A DNA stretch of 64,000 nucleotides from Octopus bimaculoides (taxonomy: Eukaryota): NCBI RefSeq assembly GCF_001194135.2, contig NC_069009.1, positions 744,336 through 808,335 of the forward strand. Direction: 5' to 3'. Below are positions 33,538 through 47,100 of this stretch, piece by piece. The position numbers were made by a program, and so were the translations under genes. The notes under the pieces are model-generated. The model saw nothing but the letters and a program-made list of their open reading frames with translations, made no database searches and was not told where the DNA came from. Positions within the stretch are counted from its first letter, which is position 1. Every line of letters starts with the position of its first letter.

Positions 33538-34953
33538 CTGGAAACATAATGAGAAAACTATATACATATATGTTAATTTTTAGACTCAATAGTTCACAGT
33601 CCTTAAATTTTATACATAACAACAATTGTCATCAACTCTTTTCTCACAAGAGAAAATAATGTTACTACAGAAGAAGTAGGGATGAACACCAAGGTTTATG
33701 TTGAAAAGAGTAATTACACTCACAGGCAATAATAATTTTCGGGAGTACGTTGTAAGATATTAGTAAATATTGGTTCAGGAATATTTTCCAGAAAAACCGG
33801 GCAACTTTATATAAAAAAGATGAACACTTTAGCTCTATTCAGTTAAAGGTTTGCATGGTTGTGTATATACTTTACGTTGGCCTATAGCTGTATGTATATT
33901 TATTCATTCTGCATTTGTGGTTTAAAATTCTACACTGCTAAATGAGTATTTATTTGGCATATATGTGTGTATACATGGACATGTACGATATATTTCATAT
34001 TTGCCACGTAAAGCTATGAATTGTATTTCTGATCAGTTACCTTAAGAACAGACGTATTCTGGTACTCGTCTTGGTGCCAGTCACTTTGGAAGCTGGTTGC
34101 CTTACTTTGGCAATAGCTGTATTGTTTATTACAAGGCATCAAATGACCATCAAATACCCACAAACTAAATTCCATACGCATTTTTTTTTTACTTGTTTCA
34201 GTCTTTTGACTGTGGCCATGCTGGAGCACCGCCTTTAGTTGAGCAAATCGACCCCAGGACTTATTCTTTGGAAGCCTAGTACTTATTCTATCGGTCTCTA
34301 TTGCCGAACCGCTAAGTTACGGGGACATAAACACACCAGCATCGGTTGACAAACACAGACACACAAACACATACACACATACATATATATATATATATAC
34401 ATATATACGACGGGCTTCTTTCAGTTTCCGTCTACCAAATCCACTCACAAGGCTTTGGTCGGTCCGAGGCTATAGTAGAAGACACTTGCCGAAGGTGCCA
34501 CGCAGTGGCACTGAACCCGGGACCATGTGGTTGGTAAGCAAGCTACTTACCACACAGCCACTCCTACGTCTACATATATTAACTTACTAGTTTTTGAATC
34601 ATGCAGCTTGATTGATCCCAGGTTTTAATCTCTTCATCCAACTTTGAAAATTCCTATTTCGTTTTGTTTGTTCATAAATATGTCCGTCTTCGTACATTGG
34701 ATAGTATTTCGCCGGCTGACTGAATATCATTCGAGGAAATATGTTGCTTTTGCTATAATGTGGATTTACACAATGCGATATGTAATACGTATTGTATTAG
34801 AGATAAATAATCAGGTTACTCAAACATGTGAAGTGATGTTTTGAACTATCATTCCTTCATTGTTTACTACACACAAGCACACACGCACATGCACTCACAC
34901 GAGCCCACACAAACACGCACGCGCACACACACACATATATACACAGACACACA

Positions 34954-34993
<40 letters not shown>

Positions 34994-35039
34994 ACTATGT
35001 ACATATACTCTATACATACATGCATATACACACACAGAC

Positions 35040-35071
<32 letters not shown>

Positions 35072-35938
35072 GCATATATATATATATACATATATATATA
35101 TANNNNNNNNNNNNNNNNNNNNNNNNNNNNNNNNNNNNNNNNNNNNNNNNNNNNNNNNNNNNNNNNNNNNNNNNNNNNNNNNNNNNNNNNNNNNNNNNNN
35201 NNNNNNNNNNNNNNNNNNNNNNNNNNNNNNNNNNNNNNNNNNNNNNNNNNNNNNNNNNNNNNNNNNNNNNNNNNNNNNNNNNNNNNNNNNNNNNNNNNNN
35301 NNNNNNNNNNNNNNNNNNNNNNNNNNNNNNNNNNNNNNNNNNNNNNNNNNNNNNNNNNNNNNNNNNNNNNNNNNNNNNNNNNNNNNNNNNNNNNNNNNNN
35401 NNNNNNNNNNNNNNNNNNNNNNNNNNNNNNNNNNNNNNNNNNNNNNNNNNNNNNNNNNNNNNNNNNNNNNNNNNNNNNNNNNNNNNNNNNNNNNNNNNNN
35501 NNNNNNNNNNNNNNNNNNNNNNNNNNNNNNNNNNNNNNNNNNNNNNNNNNNNNNNNNNNNNNNNNNNNNNNNNNNNNNNNNNNNNNNNNNNNNNNNNNNN
35601 NNNNNNNNNNNNNNNNNNNNNNNNNNNNNNNNNNNNNNNNNNNNNNNNNNNNNNNNNNNNNNNNNNNNNNNNNNNNNNNNNNNNNNNNNNNNNNNNNNNN
35701 NNNNNNNNNNNNNNNNNNNNNNNNNNNNNNNNNNNNNNNNNNNNNNNNNNNNNNNNNNNNNNNNNNNNNNNNNNNNNNNNNNNNNNNNNNNNNNNNNNNN
35801 NNNNNNNNNNNNNNNNNNNNNNNNNNNNNNNNNNNNNNNNNNNNNNNNNNNNNNNNNNNNNNNNNNNNNNNNNNNNNNNNNNNNNNNNNNNNNNNNNNNN
35901 NNNNNNNNNNNNNNNNNNNNNNNNNNNNNNNNNNNNNN

Positions 35939-35993
<55 letters not shown>

Positions 35994-38092
35994 ATATATA
36001 GACTACATATAGACACAGAGAGAATATATACTTGTGGTAATGATGATGACGATGATGTTGATGATGAGAGGGGAGTTGATATTGGTGACGATGTCTATCC
36101 TATGTGTGATGGAGTTGGTGGAAGTTTTGTTTGTGATCATTTCCATCATGACAATATTAGTTTTTGTGGCGGTAGGAATAAGAATCACCGAATTATACTT
36201 ACTTTTGAAAAACTGCCGAGCTTCCATAGGATCCCCTGTTTTTCGTTTACATACGAACAGGCAAACGACATCCCTGGTATCTTTTTTGTATATACAGTAA
36301 CACATGAAGATGAACATTCCTTGAAGGGTATTGAAGATGGCAAAGAGAAACTGAAACGCTTCAGCAGCTTCACCAAAAGCGAAGAATGCTAAGATCCAGG
36401 GGAATCCAAGAAGGACACACAATCCAAGGATGCCAAAAACACGCACTTTCTTTGTTTTGTGTTCAGCTTGCTTGTCATTTCGCATTGAGTTAACACGCCA
36501 CATAACGCAAACAAATATCACCAGGTTGAAGAATAGAATTATCACGACGGGAGCCAGGAGAGCAGCATAGAAAGCTGCGTTGGATAACCAACAACTAAAA
36601 GAAATAGAAAATTAATCATTTAACTCTGTGTTCTGTATTGAGAAGTATTATGGGCCGAGGGTGGAGGCGCAATGGTCCAGTGGTTATGGCAGCGGACTCG
36701 CGGTCATAGGATCGCGGTTTCGATTCCCAGATCGGGCGTTGTGAGTGTTTATTGAGCGAAAACACCTAATGCTCCACGAGGCTCCGGCAGGGGATGGTGG
36801 CGAACCCTGCTGTTCTCTTTCACCACAACTTTCTCTCACTCTTTCTTCCTGTTGCACCTGTATTTCAAAGGGCCAGCCTTGTCACACTGTGTCACGCTGA
36901 ATATCCCCGAGAACTACGTTAAGGGTACACGTGTCTGTGGAGTGCTCAGCGACTTGCACGTTAATTTCACGAGCAGGCTGTTCCGTTGATCGGATCAACT
37001 GGAACCCTCGACGTCGTAAGCGACGGAGTAGCAACAACAACAACAATGGGCCGGGGATTTTGAATTGCGTTGTCTCGCCCATGTTCACGTCTCTCCTTAT
37101 TAGGATTACTACCCTAAAGTTTAAAAAACTACGTATAATCTCTCAAGGCTTCCCGTATCTCAACTGTTGTTATCAGTTTTTTGCAGCTGATAGCAGTGTT
37201 TGGCTAATGAGGTAGGAATTAGGCTATTGGGGGTTAACTGTCGTCTTTGACCCCACCGACTCTATCTTTAGTGCCTCTGCAAAAGCTGCACATTTTTACG
37301 TGTATTCAACGCGTAAATAAAGCTAGCAATATTAATTGTGAAGACAACATAAAATTAGGGTATTAACATACATAAACACTTACACATGTTCAACTCTGTT
37401 GTAATTGTTTGTATTATTAATTGCCAGAGTAATTGTGACAATGACAGCAGGAATACCTGACAACGATATTTACAGAAATGAATAAGCATATGTAGATGTT
37501 AATGAAAATTTATAATAATGAATATATGATATTTGAATAGATGTAGTTGATTATGTCTTGTCCAAAAGAAATCAATATTTTATTTCGTATCTCACACAGT
37601 CACTCTTTGCCGTTTTTTCCTTTGGCTTCTAGAAATAGTTACGACTAACATAGAACTTCGATTCTTCAATCAACTATATGTTTCAGTGGGATTGCCGATA
37701 CTTTCTCTAACATTATAACGAAATAATGGAGAAAAATGAACTGAACACTTACTGGGTTACACTCGTTTAAAGAATTCCAAAAGACCTGATTTAAAGTGTT
37801 TAGTTTATCATGCAGGGTTCAAATCCCATGAAAGTCAATTCTTTCTTTTACCATTTTTTGTTCAATGAAATTAATAAACGAACATTTTCCCATCAGGAAA
37901 TTCTCAACTATAAAACTTTAACACAGACAATATATATTTGAGATAAATAAATGGCTACATAGATAGATACAGAGAGAGAGAGAGAGGTGAGAGAATGTGT
38001 GTGCGCGTGAGAGAGAGGGAGAATGTATGTGTGTTCGTGGGAGAGAGAGAGAGAGAGAGGTAAAATGTATGTGTGCGTGAGAGAGAGAGAGA

Positions 38093-38151
<59 letters not shown>

Positions 38152-41100
38152 TGTGAGAGAGAGAGAGACAGGTAGAGGGAGAGAAACAGAGAGAGATAGA
38201 GAGAGAGACAGGTAGAGGGAGAGAAACAGAGAGAGATAGAGAGAGACAAACAAACAGAGAGAGACAAACAGACAGAGAGAGACAAACAGACACAGAGAGA
38301 GACAAACCGAAAGAGAGAGAGAGACTAACAGACAGACAGAGAGACAGATATATATATAGAGAGGAAGAGGTAAAATTAGCGATAAAATGAGAGCAAACCA
38401 TTATACATACCCCAGACCAAAATTGAACTCCTCTTGATAAATGATGACCGAATGGTTTTGAATACAAACAGGCCTAGATAAATATGGAGCGCTTCTACAC
38501 TCATCCACATGAAAGATGACAAGAGGGAGTAGTGTAACAGAGCAGCCATTGCCTACAACAACAACAACAACAACAACAATGATATTAATGATATCTGACA
38601 TTGAAGCATGGCTTCGAATATATATTTTGTCGGGGTGGGGTTGAGATATCAGATTTTGAATGATATTTTGTATTATTGAACCCAGTATGTTGTTGGCACT
38701 CCGTCGCTTACGACGTAGAGGGTTCCAGTTGATCCGATCAACGGAACAGCCTGCTCGTGAAATTAATTTACACTAACCACTGGCCGTCACTGGCTAAATG
38801 GAAAAATGCAAAGTCGAGCAACGCAAACATTGAATGTAATATTTAGAGATGTTGGAAGTATTTGGAAAGAGCTTATAGCCTGCGCTCTTACTGGATGAAA
38901 TCTATTTAAAATAATAGATTGTTGTTCGTAAGGTTTATTATAAAATGAAATATTTACTGGTTTAAATGAGTTTTCACTTACCTTACAAACAGCTGTTAGT
39001 TTTGTACTATACTCTTGGAATCCAACAAGAAAGATTAAATAAGTGACAGCTAAAGAAATGCACAAGTTTACTAAAATCTTTGAAGCTATTAATTTCCATA
39101 GATTTCTGAATTAATAAAAAAAAAGAAAGAATAATATTGCATTTAAATGATATAAACCTAAAAGAATTTTCACAATGCACAAAAAATTAATAATTAAAGN
39201 NNNNNNNNNNNNNNNNNNNNNNNNNNNNNNNNNNNNNNNNNNNNNNNNNNNNNNNNNNNNNNNNNNNNNNNNNNNNNNNNNNNNNNNNNNNNNNNNNNNN
39301 NNNNNNNNNNNNNNNNNNNNNNNNNNNNNNNNNNNNNNNNNNNNNNNNNNNNNNNNNNNNNNNNNNNNNNNNNNNNNNNNNNNNNNNNNNNNNNNNNNNN
39401 NNNNNNNNNNNNNNNNNNNNNNNNNNNNNNNNNNNNNNNNNNNNNNNNNNNNNNNNNNNNNNNNNNNNNNNNNNNNNNNNNNNNNNNNNNNNNNNNNNNN
39501 NNNNNNNNNNNNNNNNNNNNNNNNNNNNNNNNNNNNNNNNNNNNNNNNNNNNNNNNNNNNNNNNNNNNNNNNNNNNNNNNNNNNNNNNNNNNNNNNNNNN
39601 NNNNNNNNNNNNNNNNNTGTGTTTATATACATATACATATATCTGTTGTTATGTCCTGTTATTTTTATTGTAATTGCGTAAAATTGTTCGTATTTTTCCT
39701 TCCTTGTTTTTGTATACATTCGCTGCTTTCTTCCAAGGAATCTAATGCTCTTAGCTTAGTTTTTCCTTGGGGCTGGCCAGATTGGAGCAATATCGAGTAT
39801 AACCAGCCGAAATTGCAAGGATAATCTGGATCTCGACTGATGAAAGGAAACTCCAAATGACCTGTCCTTGTTTTCTCTGTATCGTCTATCTGGATGTTTT
39901 GTTGTCAATCCACTTCTACTCGCTTACAGACATACTATATAACCAAGGTAGGGACCGATATAGTAGTTATAGTAAAGACTACGCTTTTCTGAATTAACAT
40001 ACAGGACATCCCTCATTCTCTCCCTCTCTGTTTCTTATGTCATCCTTACTGTGAGTTACAAAATTCTGCGCTAAAGCAATCGTCAATCCTTCATTAAATT
40101 TACAACATTCTGGAATTCTCTTCACATCCATCATTTTCCAGCAGACATCAATCAGATATCAAGCTTACTACTCTGTGAGAGACGCCCAAAATTGATGGAT
40201 ATCGTTTCTTCGTATTTGAACAGTCTATAAAGAAAATAGAAATTGAAATGCTTACTTGAAATAAGCATGGATTATTACTGTCAGAATGAGACAGACAAAT
40301 GATATTCCACAGCCAACGTTGGAAATAATAGATAAAAGTCGACTATTCGTTTTCTTTCCTTTCTGGTGGGCATCCTGCAATAGTAGAAAGCAACACTGTA
40401 TTAACTCCTCCTCCTCCTCCTCTTCCTTTGTTTATATACTAGTCAATAGTTTTATAAATTATGAATGTTCAGACAGGCGGGAGCAATTTTCTACTAGGAG
40501 TGTGTTTTATAGGAATACGTTAGTCGTATAAATAGGAGTATGTTTTTATTTCTATGGGCAGCAGAGGTGTTGTAAAACTGATAAATAATGAATACATGTG
40601 CATTATTGACACAAACGTTTCAGGCGAATGAGAGGAGAGATCTTGAAACAAAATCATGAAGAGACCAAGAGCGTAATATCTAAGCTGCAAGCATGTTTAT
40701 TGTACCATGGAGATCTATTGTATATGAAATCTAAGGAGCACTCCGTCGGTTACGACGACGAGGGTCGCAGATGATACGATCAACGGAACAGCTTGCTCGT
40801 GAAATTAACGTGCAAGTGGCTGAGCAATCCACAGACGCTTGTACCCTTAACGTAGTTCTCAGGGAGATTCAGCGTTACACAGAGTGTGATAAGGCCGGCC
40901 CTTTGAAATACAGGTACTACTCATTTTTGCCAGCTGAGTGGACTGGAGCAACGTGAAATAAAGTGTCTTGCTCAAGGACACAATGCGTCACCGGGATCCG
41001 AACTCACGACCTTACGATCGTGAGTCGAATGCCCTAACCATTAAGCCACGCGCCTTCACTATACATGAAACGTGTATCTATCACTTAGACTGCCATTCGG

Positions 41101-41493
41101 ATAGTTTCGACACAATAGATTTTAAATGAAGGAGAGATGACTGATTCTCTCTGCCTCTTCGCATCTTTGTTGGAGGAATCCGCATGCATTTAATTGAGAA
41201 TGGTAGCTGGGTACTCCTAGTAGACACCATTCTGAGTTTAAAGTTATAAATGACAGCCATAGCAACAAGAACAACAGCGACTTATTACAAAATATCTACC
41301 TCACATATTTTTTTTTTTTACTTGTTTCAGTCATTTTCGACTGCGGCCATGCTGGAGCACCGCCTTTTTAGTCGAGCAAATCGACCCCAGGACTTATTCT
41401 TTGTAAGCCTGGTACTTATTCTATCGACTCTATTGCCGAACCGCTAAGTGACGGGGACGCAAACACACCAGCATCGATTGTCAAGCAATGCTA

Positions 41494-41567
<74 letters not shown>

Positions 41568-42506
41568 CATATATACGACGAGCTTCTTTCAGTTTCCGTC
41601 TACCAAATCCACTCACAAGGCTTTGGTCGGCCCGAGGCTATAGTAGAAGACACTTGGCCAAGAATTCCACGCAGTGGGACTGAACCCAGAACCATGTGGT
41701 TGGTAAGCAAGCTACTTACCATACAGCCACACCTGCGCCTATTTACAAAAATATTTACAAAAATATTCACCAAAATTATGTTTGATACGTGTTGAAATTA
41801 TTTATGCATTGACAGAATTGCCAATTTACGAGCAATTAATTATTTGTCGTAATGATACTAACCATTAGTAAGGCAAAACTTGTAAGATGATTACAAGAAC
41901 AAACTACGTTCTCTCCAGATACATCATTGGATGTATTACAGCCTTTTGATGACCAGTGGGGATTCTGTCCAGGGGAGTCATCCCAATAGACACATTGTGG
42001 GTTGGTGGCAGTCTGAAAAACAATTTAAATTCTGATATTTTAATCAATTTCTTTATAATTAAAATACATATAATGAATCATTGCTAAACTAACAAAAAAG
42101 CGGAACAAACAGTGGTTATAAATGTTTAGTTACTATTGACATTAAGAAGCCAACAACACTGTTTGTAATGTAGCTAAAGTGGCCATTCTATCTCGTTTAT
42201 AAATCTATGTATAGTCTCATAATATACACTGTATCAGCATGAGATATTGGATGGGGTAATCATAGACGTATCAGATGAACTACAAATATATTTCAGGGTT
42301 GGAATATTTCAGCATTGATCTACAGGGATGGCATGAAGGAAAACAAGAATGGTCACCAAATGAAACTTCAAAGAAATTCATGAAATTTAAAATCTACAAC
42401 CACAAATGATTTTGGCAATACACGAATATATTAAAACAATGTACTGGTGATACTAAAAACAGCACCAAAAAAAAAAAAACAGAACGTATATCCAACACGC
42501 ATATTA

Positions 42507-42537
<31 letters not shown>

Positions 42538-44108
42538 AGTAGTAGTAGTAGTAGCTGCCGTGGTACGTGTTTCTCTTGGGAACAGTGTGGTATGATCTTG
42601 CAATGAAACGAAAGCTACAACAACAGTTTAACAACAGTTATAAATAAAATATATAGTCTATTACCTGGCCTGTTACATTGAATGATATTTTAACTGGTTC
42701 ATCAAGGTCGGCTATTTTAACGTTAGGAATATTTGCAGCAATAATACGACTGCCAATTTTAGTAATTGCTTGGGAACTAGAATTTTGTATTAACTGTAAA
42801 GAGAAGTCGTTAGATAAACGAAGTTATTCAGTGGAAAAGTTAGATATATCATTAAAGCAAGAGACCAAACGTTACAGTTGTACTTTTTTGACTTACTCAG
42901 TTGTTGTTGTTGGCACTCCGTCGCTTACGACGTCGGGGGTTCCAGTTGACCCGATCAACGGAACAGCCTGCTCGTGAAATTAACGTGCAAGTCGCTGAGC
43001 ACTCCACAGACACGTGTACCCTTAACGTAGTTCTCAGGGATATTCAGCGTGACACATAGAGTGACAAGGCTGACCCTTTTGAATTACAGGCACAACAGAA
43101 ACAGGAAGTAAGAGTGAGAGAAAGTTGTGGTGAAAGAGTACAGCAGGGTTCACCACCATCCCCTGTCGGAGCCTCGTGGAGCTTTAGGTGTTTTCGCTCT
43201 ATAAACNNNNNNNNNNNNNNNNNNNNNNNNNNNNNNNNNNNNNNNNNNNNNNNNNNNNNNNNNNNNNNNNNNNNNNNNNNNNNNNNNNNNNNNNNNNNNN
43301 NNNNNNNNNNNNNNNNNNNNNNNNNNNNNNNNNNNNNNNNNNNNNNNNNNNNNNNNNNNNNNNNNNNNNNNNNNNNNNNNNNNNNNNNNNNNNNNNNNNN
43401 NNNNNNNNNNNNNNNNNNNNNNNNNNNNNNNNNNNNNNNNNNNNNNNNNNNNNNNNNNNNNNNNNNNNNNNNNNNNNNNNNNNNNNNNNNNNNNNNNNNN
43501 NNNNNNNNNNNNNNNNNNNNNNNNNNNNNNNNNNNNNNNNNNNNNNNNNNNNNNNNNNNNNNNNNNNNNNNNNNNNNNNNNNNNNNNNNNNNNNNNNNNN
43601 NNNNNNNNNNNNNNNNNNNNNNNNNNNNNNNNNNNNNNNNNNNNNNNNNNNNNNNNNNNNNNNNNNNNNNNNNNNNNNNNNNNNNNNNNNNNNNNNNNNN
43701 NNNNNNNNNNNNNNNNNNNNNNNNNNNNNNNNNNNNNNNNNNNNNNNNNNNNNNNNNNNNNNNNNNNNNNNNNNNNNNNNNNNNNNNNNNNNNNNNNNNN
43801 NNNNNNNNNNNNNNNNNNNNNNNNNNNNNNNNNNNNNNNNNNNNNNNNNNNNNNNNNNNNNNNNNNNNNNNNNNNNNNNNNNNNNNNNNNNNNNNNNNNN
43901 NNNNNNNNNNNNNNNNNNNNNNNNNNNNNNNNNNNNNNNNNNNNNNNNNNNNNNNNNNNNNNNNNNNNNNNNNNNNNNNNNNNNNNNNNNNNNNNNNNNN
44001 NNNNNNNNNNNNNNNNNNNNNNNNNNNNNNNNNNNNNNNNNNNNNNNNNNNNNNNNNNNNNNNNNNNNNNNNNNNNNNNNNNNNNNNNNNNNNNNNNNNN
44101 NNNNNNNN

Positions 44109-44143
<35 letters not shown>

Positions 44144-47100
44144 CACGCAAACTCACACTTACGCACACATATTAAATTCTAAAATTTAAAAACGCAATAA
44201 ATTCCAAAATTAAAAAAAAACAGCGGTAACTTAGTTGCCAACCCATACATAAGCACATACATATAAACATTGGTAATTGTGTCGTATTACTATTGTTTCG
44301 TCCTTTACCAATAACGTAACAATGAGTTCAAGCATTCTTTAATCTACTGGAAGAAGCAATATTTCCATTTTTGTACCATACCCTGTATAGCTTATCATTC
44401 CGCAAACAGAAAATGGAAATCCTCGAAAAAACTGACTGCTCTTCGTCTTTCAGATGTTTGAATAATCTCTTTGGTAATGAAATGTAGTCCATCTTATCTT
44501 CTGCTTGTGGGATTGAACCGTTATATATCTGATGGAGGAAAATGAAAGAAAAATTGAAATTGATAAATAACAGAAAATTGCTATTACTTCTGAATGTTGC
44601 TTGACGTCATAAGAATTTATCAAGTTTCCACGAATGTGAAGTGAAATAATTGTTTCTTGGAATAGTGAATCTCGAATCCCACAGATATTGAGTTGAAACA
44701 TTTAGATATTTTGGATAGGAAAAGTCTCACGAGCAGCCTTCGATTTTTCCTATCCAAAAAGATTTTTCAACCCAATACTTACGTTCTATTATTTATTGCC
44801 CTATGTGCTTCAAGATCCACTGCAAAATGGAATTATTACTATTACTTCTTGCACAACTATTACATTACTTCAACATTAGAATTAACATAATAGCTAGAAC
44901 TCCCATTATCACCCACCACCATTAATTCATACAAAATAACCAGAGGAGTTTTAAAGTTCGCCAACTAATTATTGGTGTATCCAGTAGCTTTCTGCTCTTT
45001 CTTGTTATCAGATACTCAGTGACATGAAGACAGAAACATTTTATGCAAAACTAGTGTTATCTCAATCATTTCGACCGGTGACATCTTTGGCTGGTATTCC
45101 CGAAACGTTTTGTAACAACCAGATAAATACACTCACATAGTTGTAAGTAATTACACATCGAGATAAATTTCCCTCCCTCTATATTGGTTGAGAGCCGCAT
45201 TAAATGTTTAACAGAAATTAGGACAGCTTGCTCTCGTATTTTGTGCGTAGTTAGGAACAGATTTGATATTTTCTCTTTAATTCTCTCCTAATATATGTTG
45301 CCTGTGAAGGGGTTTGGAATGCGGTTCAAGACATCAAGTGTTAACAATTCTAATGAACTGAATGACAGATATATAAAATAAAAAAATTCAATAACAGATT
45401 TCTTTTCTCTTCAGAATATGTTCAACTGTGTGTGTGTGTGTGTGTTGTGTCAAATGTCAATATATATAAAACAATAGATTTAAAGTTGTTTGAAAGATCT
45501 ATCGCCACATTTTTTTTTTACTCTGTGTGTGTTGATGAGGTTCGGCTGTGTCAAGAGTAAAATTTAATTTCAATTGTATTCGTAAAAGCTACCAACCATG
45601 AAGTGTTGTGTTTCGGGGAATTTGTTGTTTTAAGAAATGAATTATTATTATTTATTATTGTTATTATCATCATTAAATTCAAATTACGACAAACATAAAT
45701 AAACAAACGAAGTTTGCTTTTAGAAGCGTTGAGATGTCTTTTAGAAAGTTAAAGGAGTGATTTAAAATTCTCAATCGCAGAATAATGCTAATAATATAGC
45801 CTGAACAGGATAAACTATCCCTATTTTGCAGAGAAAAGTGTTGGTGGCTAGCTGTGGACTCGAACTCATATCCCCGTAATTACACGTCACGATGCTTTGA
45901 CCGATTAAGCTAAATTACCCACTGCAAATTCCTCTGCAAATTAAGATATATAAATCTCGCTTTATGAGGCGCTCTCATATGTTAAATTCAAATTACGACA
46001 AACGTAAGTTTGCTTTATTATTATTATTATTATCATCATTAAATTCAAATTACGACAAACGTAAATAAACAAACGAAATTTGCTTTTAGAAGTGTTGAGA
46101 TGTCTTTTAGAAAGTTAAAGAAGTGATTTTAAATTCTCAATCGCAGAATAATGCTAATAATATAGCCTGAACAGGATAAGCTACCCCTATTTTGCAGAGA
46201 AAAGTGTAGGTGGCTAGCCCTGCAAAATAGGGATAGTTTATCCTGTTCAGGCTATATTATTAGCATTATTCTGCGATTGATTATTATTATTATCATTTTG
46301 CTTTGCAGTGTCTGGTTGAAACTCGGAATGGGAATAAAACGTATCACTGGAACGGGTGCACACNNNNNNNNNNNNNNNNNNNNNNNNNNNNNNNNNNNNN
46401 NNNNNNNNNNNNNNNNNNNNNNNNNNNNNNNNNNNNNNNNNNNNNNNNNNNNNNNNNNNNNNNNNNNNNNNNNNNNNNNNNNNNNNNNNNNNNNNNNNNN
46501 NNNNNNNNNNNNNNNNNNNNNNNNNNNNNNNNNNNNNNNNNNNNNNNNNNNNNNNNNNNNNNNNNNNNNNNNNNNNNNNNNNNNNNNNNNNNNNNNNNNN
46601 NNNNNNNNNNNNNNNNNNNNNNNNNNNNNNNNNNNNNNNNNNNNNNNNNNNNNNNNNNNNNNNNNNNNNNNNNNNNNNNNNNNNNNNNNNNNNNNNNNNN
46701 NNNNNNNNNNNNNNNNNNNNNNNNNNNNNNNNNNNNNNNNNNNNNNNNNNNNNNNNNNNNNNNNNNNNNNNNNNNNNNNNNNNNNNNNNNNNNNNNNNNN
46801 NNNNNNNNNNNNNNNNNNNNNNNNNNNNNNNNNNNNNNNNNNNNNNNNNNNNNNNNNNNNNNNNNNNNNNNNNNNNNNNNNNNNNNNNNNNNNNNNNNNN
46901 NNNNNNNNNNNNNNNNNNNNNNNNNNNNNNNNNNNNNNNNNNNNNNNNNNNNNNNNNNNNNNNNNNNNNNNNNNNNNNNNNNNNNNNNNNNNNNNNNNNN
47001 NNNNNNNNNNNNNNNNNNNNNNNNNNNNNNNNNNNNNNNNNNNNNNNNNNNNNNNNNNNNNNNNNNNNNNNNNNNNNNNNNNNNNNNNNNNNNNNNNNNN

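Noticed and set aside
36003-36202. Long hydrophobic extension of ORF 36003-36545
   Set aside because: Intronic low-complexity read-through past the conserved donor.
35070-36392. Long ORFs spanning N runs (many in the track)
   Set aside because: Length comes from X codons in assembly gaps and dinucleotide repeats.
39830-39870. CTGATGA motif on the + strand resembling a hammerhead
   Set aside because: The GAAA half of the core is absent (ctccaaat) and stems cannot be completed; at most a decayed Penelope relic.
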